Notes: generated by a model from the letters alone, not told the origin. Positions 43,415 to 53,526 are shown, counted from the stretch's first letter. The stretch: 64,000 nucleotides of DNA from Cyanobacteria bacterium P01_F01_bin.150 (GCA_039189765.1 JBCCYL010000010.1:50577-114576), one strand, 5' to 3'. Translations and numbers: made by a program.

Positions 43415-45568
43415 ATGAGTGAATCCGCTAGAAAAGCAACCAATGACAATGTAGATAGTAAATCAGTTAAGATAAGTAAAAGCTTTAAAAAATTTTTTGA
43501 AAATTATCATAGAGTAGAGTCTTATTTGAATCTTGATAATGCAAAAAGAAAATATATAGAGCAAAATGAAGCTTGGATCAATAGGTTAGAACAAGAAGAA
43601 TTTCCTGTAGCCTTCTTTGGTTCATTCTCAGCTGGAAAATCAACTATAATAAATGCGATATTAGGAAGAGAAGTACTTCCCGAAGCAACTCAATCAACTA
43701 CAGCATTCCCAACAATATTGCGCAAAGGTAATGCAGATTTTGCGTCCGTTTACTACATAGATGAAGATGCCAAGAAATTACTATGGACGCAACTTTGCTT
43801 ATAAATAGAAGGAAAGATTGAAAAGAATATTGATAATATAAAAGAAGAAAGAAGTGAAAGATATTTAGACCGAATAAGAGAAGAAATATCACGATACGAA
43901 GAAACAAATAATATTACAATTGATAGAAAGCCCTTAGAATATCTAGAAAATCTATTTGTAAATTGGAATAAAGAAGAATATAAGAAAATAAAAAGAGGAA
44001 TCAATATTGCTGATCTTCAATTATATGTGGAAGGGCATGAGGACTCACTCTTCATCGATCGAATTGAAATCTCTTTACTAGATATCAACATTCCTTCTGA
44101 TGTCATTCTAGTTGATCTCCCAGGATTAGCTGTTTCGAACCAACGTCACATAGAATTTACAAAATACTATATCCAAGAAAAGGCTAAAGCTTTTGTCGTT
44201 TGTATGAAACCTAGACATTTATTAGAAGGACAGGAAATTCAATTTCTTGAAGCTACGAATAGAAGTAATCCTACAATTCTACAACGTTCCTTCTGGGTTA
44301 TCAATCAATGGGATACTCTAGATGATCAACAAAAACAAGAAGAAGAAGAAAACTTCAATCAGAAGATAAAACAATATGGATTTGTCATAAGTCATGAACG
44401 AGTTTTTAAATTTTCAGCATTAAATTATCTATTACTAAGTTGCATCAAAAATAAAACAATAAATGATACAAATAAACTTAAATACCATCAGAATAATTTA
44501 GCACATATTTTCAGATTTGAAGATGATGAAATAAATCCTGAAAATTTTCTAAATGAACAAGCTAGATTAATCCTATCTAATGAAGTTATCAAGCCTTTTT
44601 TAAGTTTCAAAAATTTATTGTTTGGGTACTTAGAAACTACGGCAAAAGATGAGTTTATTGAAGATGCAAGAGGTGAGTTAATACAGCTATTGAATATTCT
44701 CGAAACAGATTTGAGACCTCACTACAATCATTATAGTCAAACTATTGATCTAGGAGGAGAATTACGAGCAGTTGAAGTTAGTAAACAGTCAGATTATTTC
44801 ATCAATAAACTCAACGAAAAAGTAGAGGCCTTTACTCAAGAAGCAAGATCTAAATCCGAGAGTATATTTTGGGAAGATTCTAACACGTCTAAAGTTGAAA
44901 GAGAAATTAGTATAATAATTTCTGAACTCAATAGAGAGAATCTAAAAAATGAAATTTTTAGAGGTATCGATAATCAAGGAAACTTGGGCAGATTACCTTT
45001 TCTCATTGATAAAGAAATTGGATTAACCATTTTATTGAGGCAGAAAATGGTTGAAACTACTGAGAAAATATTTATTCATCTTTTAAATAAATTTCTATTA
45101 GAGTTTAAGGAAATAAATAAGGATTACTTACCTGATTCAGTTTCAAATAAACTCACTGATAAACTCAGTAATCGAGATATTATTATGCGTCTTAATGGCC
45201 TTGCTGATTCTTTATTTTACAATTATGGAAAAAAATTAGAGGAAATTGGTTTAAGCTTACACGAATGTGCAGGTAATACTAGAGAAGAACGTATTAATTC
45301 GGCATTGAATAAATATAAAGATGAATTGAAAATTTTTATTAAGGAACTTGTTGATGATCTCAATAAGTATATCTCTATAAGTGTAAAAAATCATGTAGAA
45401 CAATTAGAGAAAGATCTAGTAAATTTAATTAAAGATTGGCATGAGCCAATTAGAAGACAAGTCGCACGTAAAATCAAAATGTCAGAAGCTATTGCTCATG
45501 AACAACAGAAACAAATGGCTATAAAAAATAGCTATACAGAGCTAATTAATCTAACCAATAGTCTATAA
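43415..45568 (+). pseudogene. Bacterial dynamin-like GTPase interrupted by one in-frame TAA (43802-43804)
   Basis: G1 GSFSAGKS, G2 STTAFPT, G3 DLPG, G4 NQWD, helical C-terminus. The two track ORFs share a frame and the gap is open. AAGGAG RBS precedes ATG 43415. Confidence 0.85.
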
Positions 45569-45584
45569 AATCTGTACATTGGAA

Positions 45585-45635
45585 AGCTTATAGTTTAAGG
45601 CGGTGGTACCTATCCCATGAGAACATGGGATGGGT
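45585..45635 (+). repeat. Element-like end plus hairpin downstream of the dynamin gene
   Basis: AGCTTATAGTTTAAGGCGG followed by ATCCCATG-AGAA-CATGGGAT. Confidence 0.45.
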
Positions 45636-45837
45636 GTGTAAGAAACGGGTATTTGGTTGTAGGCAACAAGGACAATCGCCCCATCTTTCACAGGCATCAT
45701 CGTCTTTATTTTGACAACTGCATTTAGGAATTTTCTATTGTTTAGAGAAAATCCTGGTTAACGTGATGATATGAAACAGTGCATTAGCCTCTATCGATAA
45801 TGTGTTCATTTCAAGGGTTCAAGAATTCGCCTCAGCT

Positions 45838-46512
45838 TTAAGGCTGCTGCTGAAACCAGTGACGAAGGGCGATCGCCGCCTCGATTTCATCCTCTTTTGC
45901 CTCCGCCAAGAAACGATACAGCCGCTCCTTTGGAACCGTGGGAAACGTAGGGCTAAGGTCTACCTCTTTATAATCGCTACTCTGAAGACAGTAGATACGC
46001 CAGGACTCACCATCAAAGCGCCAAAACTCCGGCACCCCAATACTGGCGTAAAACGCTAGTTTATCAATATCTGTATGGGTAATATCCACCTCAACGACCA
46101 AATCGGGAGGTGGATCGGAGGCGAAATCAACATTTCGGCCTTTGACCAACGGCTGGTTTTGAATATAGTAAGCATTATCAGGCTCTGCCCCTTTGAAATG
46201 TTGGGGATAGTTCATCGTGGTGGACCCCATTGTCTTTACCCGCAGCTCCATCAGCTCTACTAGCGTGATAATAAACCGCTCAATTAATCGCCCCAGAAAC
46301 TCGTGATCTTCTAACGGCATAGTGATTTCTAACGTACCATCGTCGTACAGCAAACGAGTACCGCGATTCGCGGGAAGGGCCTCTAAAATTTGCAGATATC
46401 CCTGCCAGGACAGACCGTGAATCACCACCCGCTGCTCTCCCTCACGCAGAGGAGGTACTGCTGTCGATTTAGACACCTTGGTTTGCCCACGTTCTGTACG
46501 TATTGCCACCAT
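45838..46512 (-). CDS. Uma2 family endonuclease (DUF820)
   Basis: GTLEITMP..HE, EPDNAYY, PPPDLVVEVD, YASIGVPEFW. Confidence 0.93.
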   Translation of the reverse strand: MVAIRTERGQTKVSKSTAVPPLREGEQRVVIHGLSWQGYLQILEALPANRGTRLLYDDGTLEITMPLEDHEFLGRLIERFIITLVELMELRVKTMGSTTMNYPQHFKGAEPDNAYYIQNQPLVKGRNVDFASDPPPDLVVEVDITHTDIDKLAFYASIGVPEFWRFDGESWRIYCLQSSDYKEVDLSPTFPTVPKERLYRFLAEAKEDEIEAAIALRHWFQQQP

Positions 46513-46783
46513 AATGAACCCTCACTTTTTATCAAGGATTGCAGCACTGTTCGCTTAAACTAAGCACGGCATTGTGGAACGCGCCCCATAATGCCGTTTC
46601 AATACATAATGCAATTGCACATCAGTACAGCCATGCACTGAGTATATCCTGCCGATAAACGGCAAGTTTTTGGCAGAACTCCTAGGAACCTGTTCAGGAG
46701 TCTCTGGCTCCTGTAGAATCAAGCTTCAGAAGCACTGGATAGTATTCTTCGCGTTTTGCTGGGAATTAACGTCCGAAGGCTTC

Positions 46784-46880
46784 TAAGGCAATTTCTCGAA
46801 ATAAATATACTAACGACGATGGGTTACGCTGTCGCTAACCCATCCTACAAGCGGTACATTCTTTTTCAGAAATAGCCTAA
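46784..46880 (+). mobile_element. MITE-like element, copy 2, with an internal GTAG-type REP
   Basis: Same TIRs as copy 1; internal reverse complement GTAGGATGGGTTAGCGACAGCGTAACCCATC. Confidence 0.8.
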
Positions 46881-46926
46881 AGTTTCAAGCTACATATGGC
46901 AGAATACCTAGCTCACAACCCAGCCA

Positions 46927-48087
46927 ATGCACATTTTCAATGCTCGATTAACCGGATATAAAGACCTACAGCACCTTAGTATTGGCCCCGATCATTGCCT
47001 GGAAATTATTCAAGCAATGTCGAAGGCTCCATCTGATTTGGTTGCAGGCACTGATGGGATTAATGGCATTGATGTTCAGGGCGACTGGGTATCTCCCGGT
47101 GGCATTGACGTTCAAATTAATGGGGGGCTGGGTCTTGCCTTTCCCGAAATTGAACGCGACCATCCTGACCATGGCGATCGCCTCGATAAAATTGCCGCCT
47201 ACCTCTGGGAGCAGGGCGTTGACGGCTTCCTGCCCACTATTGTTACTAGCTCTGTCCATCAAGTCCACCAGTCCCTCGCCACCTTTAACGAGCTTATCCC
47301 CAAAATTAACGCTCGTCCCCATCGAGCAAACATCCTCGGCATCCATTTGGAAGGTCCCTTTCTTAATCCCACTAAACGGGGTGCCCACCCAGAGGAACAT
47401 CTGCTGCCTCTGACCATCGCTGAGGTAAAGCGCCTGCTTGCGGACTATGCCTCTATCGTTAGCGTTATTACCCTGGCCCCTGAACTGGACCCCAGCGGCA
47501 CCGTTATTCCTTACTTGCGTTCCCTTGGAATTACCGTCAGTCTTGGCCACTCCCTGGCTTCTGCCACCGAGGCAACCCATGCGTTTAAACAAGGAGCATC
47601 AATGGTGACCCACGCCTTTAACGCCATGCCCTCCCTCCACCACCGCAAGCCCGGTCTACTTGGTGCGGCCTTGGTCCACCCCACCGTTACCGCAGGCTTT
47701 ATCGCCGATGGCGAACATATTTGCATTACTATGCTTGATCTGCTGTTGCGGGCCAACGATAATCTCTTTTTGGTCAGCGATGCCCTGGCTCCCCTGGGCC
47801 TTCCAGACGGTCTATATCCTTGGGATACTCGCCAAATTGAGGTGCTTAATGGCACCGCTCGTCTACCGGACGGGACGTTATCTGGAACGACCCTGCCTTT
47901 ATTGGACGGAGTAAAAAATTTAGTGGAGTGGGGTCTATGTGATGTTGCCAGGGCGATCGCTCTAGCCACCGTTGCGCCTCGACATGCAATAGGCATAGAT
48001 GCTTGGGCCATTGGCCAGCCGTTTTACCCATTGAGATGGACCCATAATCCGGAGACGCGATCGGTGAGTTGGCAGCGGATGATATAA
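46927..48087 (+). CDS. nagA: N-acetylglucosamine-6-phosphate deacetylase
   Basis: PGGIDVQING, HLEGPF, RGAH, LGHS, THAFNAM, IADGEH, LVSDA. Confidence 0.95.
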   Translation: MHIFNARLTGYKDLQHLSIGPDHCLEIIQAMSKAPSDLVAGTDGINGIDVQGDWVSPGGIDVQINGGLGLAFPEIERDHPDHGDRLDKIAAYLWEQGVDGFLPTIVTSSVHQVHQSLATFNELIPKINARPHRANILGIHLEGPFLNPTKRGAHPEEHLLPLTIAEVKRLLADYASIVSVITLAPELDPSGTVIPYLRSLGITVSLGHSLASATEATHAFKQGASMVTHAFNAMPSLHHRKPGLLGAALVHPTVTAGFIADGEHICITMLDLLLRANDNLFLVSDALAPLGLPDGLYPWDTRQIEVLNGTARLPDGTLSGTTLPLLDGVKNLVEWGLCDVARAIALATVAPRHAIGIDAWAIGQPFYPLRWTHNPETRSVSWQRMI

Positions 48088-48145
48088 CCCGCCAACAAGC
48101 CAGAATCATGGCATCCTAGAAACGATGTGATACGGATCGAAATTT

Positions 48146-48583
48146 GTGACCTACAGAAATCCTGCACCAACGGTTGACCTGATCATTGAACTAATCGATC
48201 GCCCCAGTCGTCCCATTGTCCTAATTGAACGCCTTAACCCGCCCCACGGCTGGGCGTTACCGGGGGGATTTGTGGACTATGGTGAATCCGTTGAAACAGC
48301 CGCTCGTCGGGAGGCCGAAGAGGAAACGACCCTCAAGGTAGAGCTAATTGAACAGTTTTTGGTGTATTCTGACCCAGCAAGGGATGCCCGTAAACACACC
48401 ATCTCCATCGTCTTTCTTGCCACCGCCACGGGTGAACCCAAAGCGCAGGATGATGCCAAGTCCATCTCCATTTATAATCCCTGGGAAATTCCTAAAAATC
48501 TTTGCTTTGACCATGATCAAATTCTGCGGGATTACTGGTACTATCGCCATTACAACATTCGTCCCCGGCTTAGTAATTTATAG
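48146..48583 (+). CDS. NUDIX hydrolase
   Basis: [22 protein letters not shown]udix box. Confidence 0.95.
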   Translation: MTYRNPAPTVDLIIELIDRPSRPIVLIERLNPPHGWALPGGFVDYGESVETAARREAEEETTLKVELIEQFLVYSDPARDARKHTISIVFLATATGEPKAQDDAKSISIYNPWEIPKNLCFDHDQILRDYWYYRHYNIRPRLSNL

Positions 48584-48594
48584 AGTGTGTAATT

Positions 48595-48993
48595 ATGGCT
48601 CATACGGTTATTCAAACAGACCAGGCTCCTGCACCCGTTGGACCCTATAACCAGGCGATCGCCGCCACTGGCAAAATGGTCTTTATCTCTGGGCAAGTTG
48701 CCCTAGACCCGGCAACTGGAATCCTTGTCGGTGATGGTGATGTGGAGAAGGAAACAGTCCAGGTCATGCAAAATCTCCAGGCCGTCCTAGCCGCTGCTGG
48801 AGCCACCTTTGCCGATGTGGTCAAGACTAGCGTTTTCCTGGCTGATATGGAAGACTTTGGCAAAGTAAACGCTATCTACGCCACCTATTTTGATGAAAAA
48901 TCCGCTCCAGCCCGAGCCTGTGTCCAAGTCGCTCGTCTGCCTAAGGATGTACAAGTAGAAATCGAGTGCATTGCTGTCTTGGCCAATGCTTAA
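48595..48993 (+). CDS. ridA: RidA family enamine/imine deaminase
   Basis: APAPVGPYNQA, SGQV, PARACVQVARLP, VEIECIA. Confidence 0.93.
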   Translation: MAHTVIQTDQAPAPVGPYNQAIAATGKMVFISGQVALDPATGILVGDGDVEKETVQVMQNLQAVLAAAGATFADVVKTSVFLADMEDFGKVNAIYATYFDEKSAPARACVQVARLPKDVQVEIECIAVLANA

Positions 48994-49021
48994 GATCTCG
49001 TAGTAGCGTGACAACTCTAAA

Positions 49022-49195
49022 ACGGTGCATTACGCCGTCGCTTTTCTGGAATGCCGATAGGCTATATGGCACCCTACGCAATCGCGTAGATCGCGTAAAT
49101 CGCATGGATCGCGTAGGGTGCATTAGCGTAAGGAAGTGGAGCGTAATGCACCGCCTTAGTTTATTGGGAACGATGTATTACGCTGTCGCTTTTCT
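49022..49195. repeat. Cluster of GTAG-type REP-like palindromes with 9-bp tandem repeats
   Basis: GGTGCATTACGC...GCACCCTAC; four ATCGCGTAG-like units; GTAGGGTGCATTAGCG...CGTAATGCACC; a third partial copy. Confidence 0.75.
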
Positions 49196-49227
49196 TTTAT
49201 GCCCCTTGAACTCTATCCACCCTACAT

Positions 49228-50877
49228 TTAGGCAAAGTCTGACGCATTTAGAGACGCAATCCCCTCCACAATACCCAAGGATTGATTATCTGATTGAATC
49301 AGCACACCACCATTTTGTTGACTAAAGGAAAGCTGGCTAAACGATAGCCCTTTTATTAGGCGAATTCGGTCCTGTCCTCGTTCAAAATCCGTAATCATAT
49401 CGGTGCCCATATCCTTCGCCAGCACAAACCAATCCCGGCCGCCACCGCCCGTAAGGATATCGTCTCCTTCACCACCGTCCAGGGTATCGCGGCCACCCCC
49501 ACCATCAAGGCGATCGCTATCTCCACCCCCCCGGAGATAATCCTTACCACCGCCTCCAGTCAGCTCATCTTCGCCACTGCTGCCTAGGAGTCGATCCTTA
49601 CCGCCACCACCGAGGAGGATATCATTGCCTTCACCACCGTCTAGTCTATCCTTGCCCCCTTTGCCTTCCAGCCGATCATTGCCTTCACCACCGGACAGTT
49701 TATCGTTGCCCCTGCCGCCAATCAAGACATCATTACCGTCGTCTCCCACTAGAATATCGTTGGCCGCACCACCGTCCAGAGTGTCGTCACCGTCGCCGCC
49801 AATCAGGATGTCTCTTTTGGCAAATCCTTGGAAAAAATTAGCGACATCAGTGCCACTAAAAAGATTGCTAAAGTCATCACCAGTAGCGATCGCATCCAGC
49901 GGAAACAGTCCATCCAGCTCCAGGTCTGCGAGTTGATTGGATAGTATATCCGCGACCTTATCCAAAGACCCGTTAAACAAATCGATATCGCCACCTAAAT
50001 CCCCGAACCCCGTTAGCCCGTTTATGGCATTTTCAACCGGGTTCGTGAGAACGCTAAAGGGATCAATGGTATCGTTAAAGCGATTGATTAGCTCATCTAG
50101 CCCCGTGCTCTCTAAAATAGGGTCAATAATCGGGCTAAGGGTGCGGTTAACAATAAAGTCCAGCCCGTCAAATAAGAACTCAAATGGCCTTAAACCCGAG
50201 TTTAGCGACTGCAAGGGTTCGTTTAATGGTCCTAGAATAGTTTCGATATTTACGGCGACATCCAGGGCTTGATTAAAGGGGGCGATCGCGTCCACCAACA
50301 AATCCAGTGGCCCTTGAATCTGTTCACGGGTGCTAAGCAAGGTATCCGTGAGAATATCGATCGTGTCGGCAGTGGGTTCCAGCAGATCATTGGCTGCATT
50401 CACAATAGATTTAACCACCTGGGGTGTATTACTGGGAAAGGCATCATCAAGGGATTTAGCGCCCTCCTCATAAACGAGTAAATTTGCCACAGCGATGCTG
50501 ACCTTGCCCTCTGCATCTTCTACCTTGGATTCTAAGGAGCGTAGCTGGTTGCGAATCGGCTTAATTCGATTGTCTAGTCGTTCGGCATAGTCGGCGATCG
50601 TATCTGCGGAACTTTCTAACCGCTCAAAGGCAGGGGTCAGCGTTCGGACCGTCAGTCCCACAATTGGTGCAGTAGAGAGAAATTGGGAAATAGTTTCTAG
50701 ACTGCTGGCGGTTGTGGATAGTCCACGGGCTTTGGTGGCCAGCTCTTTGGCCGCATCCAAATCATCTCTGATTGCGTTAATCGCATCGTCTAGTGCATCT
50801 AAAGATGTTTCGGCATCTTGCCCATCTTGACGGAGGCGGCCAAGATTCTGAAGCAGCAACTCTGTCGATTGCATCAA
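49228..50877 (-). CDS. RTX-type calcium-binding protein with a long helical N-terminal domain
   Basis: Many GGxGxDxLx nonapeptides; C-terminal DMITDFERGQDRI; GAGGAG RBS. Confidence 0.9.
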   Translation of the reverse strand: MMQSTELLLQNLGRLRQDGQDAETSLDALDDAINAIRDDLDAAKELATKARGLSTTASSLETISQFLSTAPIVGLTVRTLTPAFERLESSADTIADYAERLDNRIKPIRNQLRSLESKVEDAEGKVSIAVANLLVYEEGAKSLDDAFPSNTPQVVKSIVNAANDLLEPTADTIDILTDTLLSTREQIQGPLDLLVDAIAPFNQALDVAVNIETILGPLNEPLQSLNSGLRPFEFLFDGLDFIVNRTLSPIIDPILESTGLDELINRFNDTIDPFSVLTNPVENAINGLTGFGDLGGDIDLFNGSLDKVADILSNQLADLELDGLFPLDAIATGDDFSNLFSGTDVANFFQGFAKRDILIGGDGDDTLDGGAANDILVGDDGNDVLIGGRGNDKLSGGEGNDRLEGKGGKDRLDGGEGNDILLGGGGKDRLLGSSGEDELTGGGGKDYLRGGGDSDRLDGGGGRDTLDGGEGDDILTGGGGRDWFVLAKDMGTDMITDFERGQDRIRLIKGLSFSQLSFSQQNGGVLIQSDNQSLGIVEGIASLNASDFA

Positions 50878-50911
50878 ATAACTCTCCTCAGGAAAACCAG
50901 ATTAACAGGGG

Positions 50912-50931
50912 ATTCCGCCTTATTGCGGAAT
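50912..50931. promoter_or_regulatory. Palindrome ATTCCGC-N6-GCGGAAT
   Basis: 7-bp perfect arms about 35 bp upstream of the RTX gene start; matches 22878-22897. Confidence 0.45.
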
Positions 50932-51100
50932 AAATGAAATGACAATATGGGCATTCTGCGCCCGTGTTATTAGATGCCCCAACATACGGCAGAGCAACGC
51001 ATAAGTGTACTCTGCTGGTTCTTTCCCTACTCTGCTATCCAGAGCCGGATCATTATGCCATCCTTGTGCCAAACTTTAAGGTGGCTATCTGTACAAACTG

Positions 51101-51149
51101 AACAGTAATGGGGCGCGCAGCCCCCACTACTCACCCAAAGTTGATACCC
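51101..51149 (+). repeat. Partial 80-bp element overlapping the 3' end of the Hsp70-like ORF
   Basis: AACAGTAATGGGGCGCGCAGCCCCCACTACTCACCCAAAGTTGATACCC; encodes VSTLGE-stop on the minus strand. Confidence 0.8.
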
Positions 51150-53526
51150 GTTTTTCATCCATTCTCACCAGCGGCTGAAATAATTTTTGGCGGGTACCTG
51201 CCGTCAATGCAGTGAGATACTGCTGTAGGATAGTCCACTGTTGACGGTTGGGGCGGTAAACCGTTTCTTTGGAGCGATTACTGCCGATGGGTGCAAATAG
51301 GGGTGCGACTAGCAGGCGATGGTAAGGAATATATCGTTGCGACAGCTCTGTTAACACATGATAATTAACGCCTTGAGGAACAAGCCCGGCTGGAATTTGG
51401 CCATCTAGTAGAGCCATTACACAGGGTTGGCTGATTGAGGGGCTGATGCCTCGACGTTTTAATAAACCCAAAATCTCTCGCAAAGTGATGGGTCGAGCTG
51501 GGAGAGTATGCCCCATCTGCATTAATAGATCATAATCACAGGGCCGATGCGTAACCCAGTCCATTAAGTGGGGATGCATCGGTAATGATGCCAATCCATA
51601 GGCGACTCGGCTACAGGTTGGAACAATATTATAATCTAGAGTCGGCGATAAATCGCCCTGGTGAACATCCTGAATAATAGTGGCCTGGGGAAATGTTTTT
51701 TGCAGCCACAACGTGATGACTCGAAATGACGTGGTGCCACCCGAGCAAATAACATGGCGGATTTCTTTTGCATCTATTCTCGCGCCTTCTAAAAGGGCGT
51801 TTACCTCTCTCTGGAGGCGCTGTATGTAGGGACGCAGGACTCGATTGCCCAGCTCTGCCTGGCTAATGCTCCATCTGTGGTGGGCGATCGCAAATTCTCC
51901 TGTTTTCTGGGCTTGGAGCATTAGCTTGAGACGACGAGCCTGCTGAATAAGTTCCGGTCCCAAAGGAGCCTGGTGTAGCTGATGCTGTAAGCGTAAACGG
52001 TTTTCACTGTCCGGTTCTCCAGCAGATGGCAAACACAAGTCCAGGCTTCCTAAAATTCTGATCATATCGGTTCCCAACTGCGTTAGGCGAGGATACAGAA
52101 GCTGGCTAATAATATCTTGGTCAAGGGCATCTCCCCCGTAGGCTAAACTCCGCTCTAGAAAACCATTGGGCTTTAGAACTGGGTCCTGAAGAGAGGCTAT
52201 AGAAGGGCGGTTAGGGTTGGGTTGAACGATATGGGCGATCGCTAATTCCGTTGTTACCGTTCCTCCATTTAATACCAGAGTGGGACCATCATAATTGGGA
52301 TCAGCATTAAGAGACGCTTGCTGAAAAACCTTTGGTAGGGTGATTGGCGTCCCATCGGCGCTGGGCAAACGGGAGAGAGTCGTGGCCAACCCATCCCCGA
52401 CCATCACTACCTGCTCAGCACGGGCAACCAATCGTGCACCCAATATTGCTTCTCTGATATTAAATCGATATGCTGCGGTCCATCCGCTCGGGTATCCAGC
52501 TACTACTCCACTTAAAGACTTTAATGCAGTTTGAGCACGATCTTTTGCCAATCCCCAAACCCGAGTTTCAACTGTCATTGAGACGGATAGGTTAGCACTA
52601 GGTGAGGAGTTGGAACGTGACGCATTTCCACGACCTCTAAGCAGAAAATTGGGAAGGGTAAAGGTTGAAGAAAGGGATGGATCTAGGGTAGAAAGAAGTA
52701 GCTGTAGGGCTTGGTAAAAACCACTTAAAGGCAGCGAATAGGATTGATTAAAGGTCAGAGAACGGCCGCCATGCAATATTTCTGGTTCCCACCGTTCCGC
52801 CTTAGTCGCGTAATGAGGAATAGTAATGTTCAAATAGTTTTTGCTGGACTGGAGTTGCAGCTGTTGCATCCCATCTTCAGTTTCAGCCGCCTGTACTCCG
52901 CCTGTTTGTTCATATAGCCCCCATTTAGGACTAAGGGTTGAGGGCTGCTCTTGTCCCTCAAAGTAGAGGAGGATGGCTGTGGGTAAACGAAACCATGGAT
53001 CTGAGGGGGAATCTGATGGTAACGGTGCTTGAGAGGACGATGGGATGGATGGATAGGGTAGACGGGATGAAGGTGGTGGAAAAACTAAATTAAATGGCCT
53101 ATATTGCCACGATATGGGATAAAGACAGTGCTGTTGTTGGTCTAACAACACTGCTGAAAGCCCTGTACTACCGATATCAATACCTAGATACCATCGACGC
53201 TTTTTTCTATTATTCTGACGCTTTGACTCAGATGGCGGTTCTTTAGGGGCAGACAACTTGGTAGATGCTGTTGCTCCATCTGGACGAGACAGTTTTTTTA
53301 GCTGCGACCGAAAATCATTGTCCGTTCTAGCATCCTTTGTAACAGACTTAGATCCAGACTCAGAGGCTGCATCAAATGGGCCCGTCCCATTGGTTTCTTC
53401 AGTAAAGTTGGATATGCCTGTTACAGCATCACCGAAGGCATTAGCCCCATCGGGCGGGTCTCTCTCTGGAGCTTGGGAGTCAGACCGTAGCTCTGGGGGT
53501 AAACGAAGCAGCTCCTCAATAATTAT
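51127..53526 (-). CDS. Divergent Hsp70/actin-fold domain ORF, open back to the A10 tract; probable second half of a frameshifted gene
   Basis: YLGIDIGSTG, GYPSGW...NIREAI, LNGGTVTTE, YGGDALD, VICSGGT, VAYGLA; 90 stop-free, ATG-free codons upstream of the track's TTG at 53256. Confidence 0.8.
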   Translation of the reverse strand: MIIEELLRLPPELRSDSQAPERDPPDGANAFGDAVTGISNFTEETNGTGPFDAASESGSKSVTKDARTDNDFRSQLKKLSRPDGATASTKLSAPKEPPSESKRQNNRKKRRWYLGIDIGSTGLSAVLLDQQQHCLYPISWQYRPFNLVFPPPSSRLPYPSIPSSSQAPLPSDSPSDPWFRLPTAILLYFEGQEQPSTLSPKWGLYEQTGGVQAAETEDGMQQLQLQSSKNYLNITIPHYATKAERWEPEILHGGRSLTFNQSYSLPLSGFYQALQLLLSTLDPSLSSTFTLPNFLLRGRGNASRSNSSPSANLSVSMTVETRVWGLAKDRAQTALKSLSGVVAGYPSGWTAAYRFNIREAILGARLVARAEQVVMVGDGLATTLSRLPSADGTPITLPKVFQQASLNADPNYDGPTLVLNGGTVTTELAIAHIVQPNPNRPSIASLQDPVLKPNGFLERSLAYGGDALDQDIISQLLYPRLTQLGTDMIRILGSLDLCLPSAGEPDSENRLRLQHQLHQAPLGPELIQQARRLKLMLQAQKTGEFAIAHHRWSISQAELGNRVLRPYIQRLQREVNALLEGARIDAKEIRHVICSGGTTSFRVITLWLQKTFPQATIIQDVHQGDLSPTLDYNIVPTCSRVAYGLASLPMHPHLMDWVTHRPCDYDLLMQMGHTLPARPITLREILGLLKRRGISPSISQPCVMALLDGQIPAGLVPQGVNYHVLTELSQRYIPYHRLLVAPLFAPIGSNRSKETVYRPNRQQWTILQQYLTALTAGTRQKLFQPLVRMDEKRVSTLGE

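Noticed and set aside
43802..43804. Selenocysteine or pyrrolysine recoding in the dynamin gene
   Set aside because: The codon is TAA, not TGA or TAG
46966..48109. Long antisense and alternate-frame ORFs over nagA (similar ones over serC, PP2C, RTX and TPR genes)
   Set aside because: Shadow ORFs of well-supported genes with no motifs of their own
48941..49325. Small ORFs between ridA and the RTX gene
   Set aside because: They are translations of the REP cluster and 9-bp repeats
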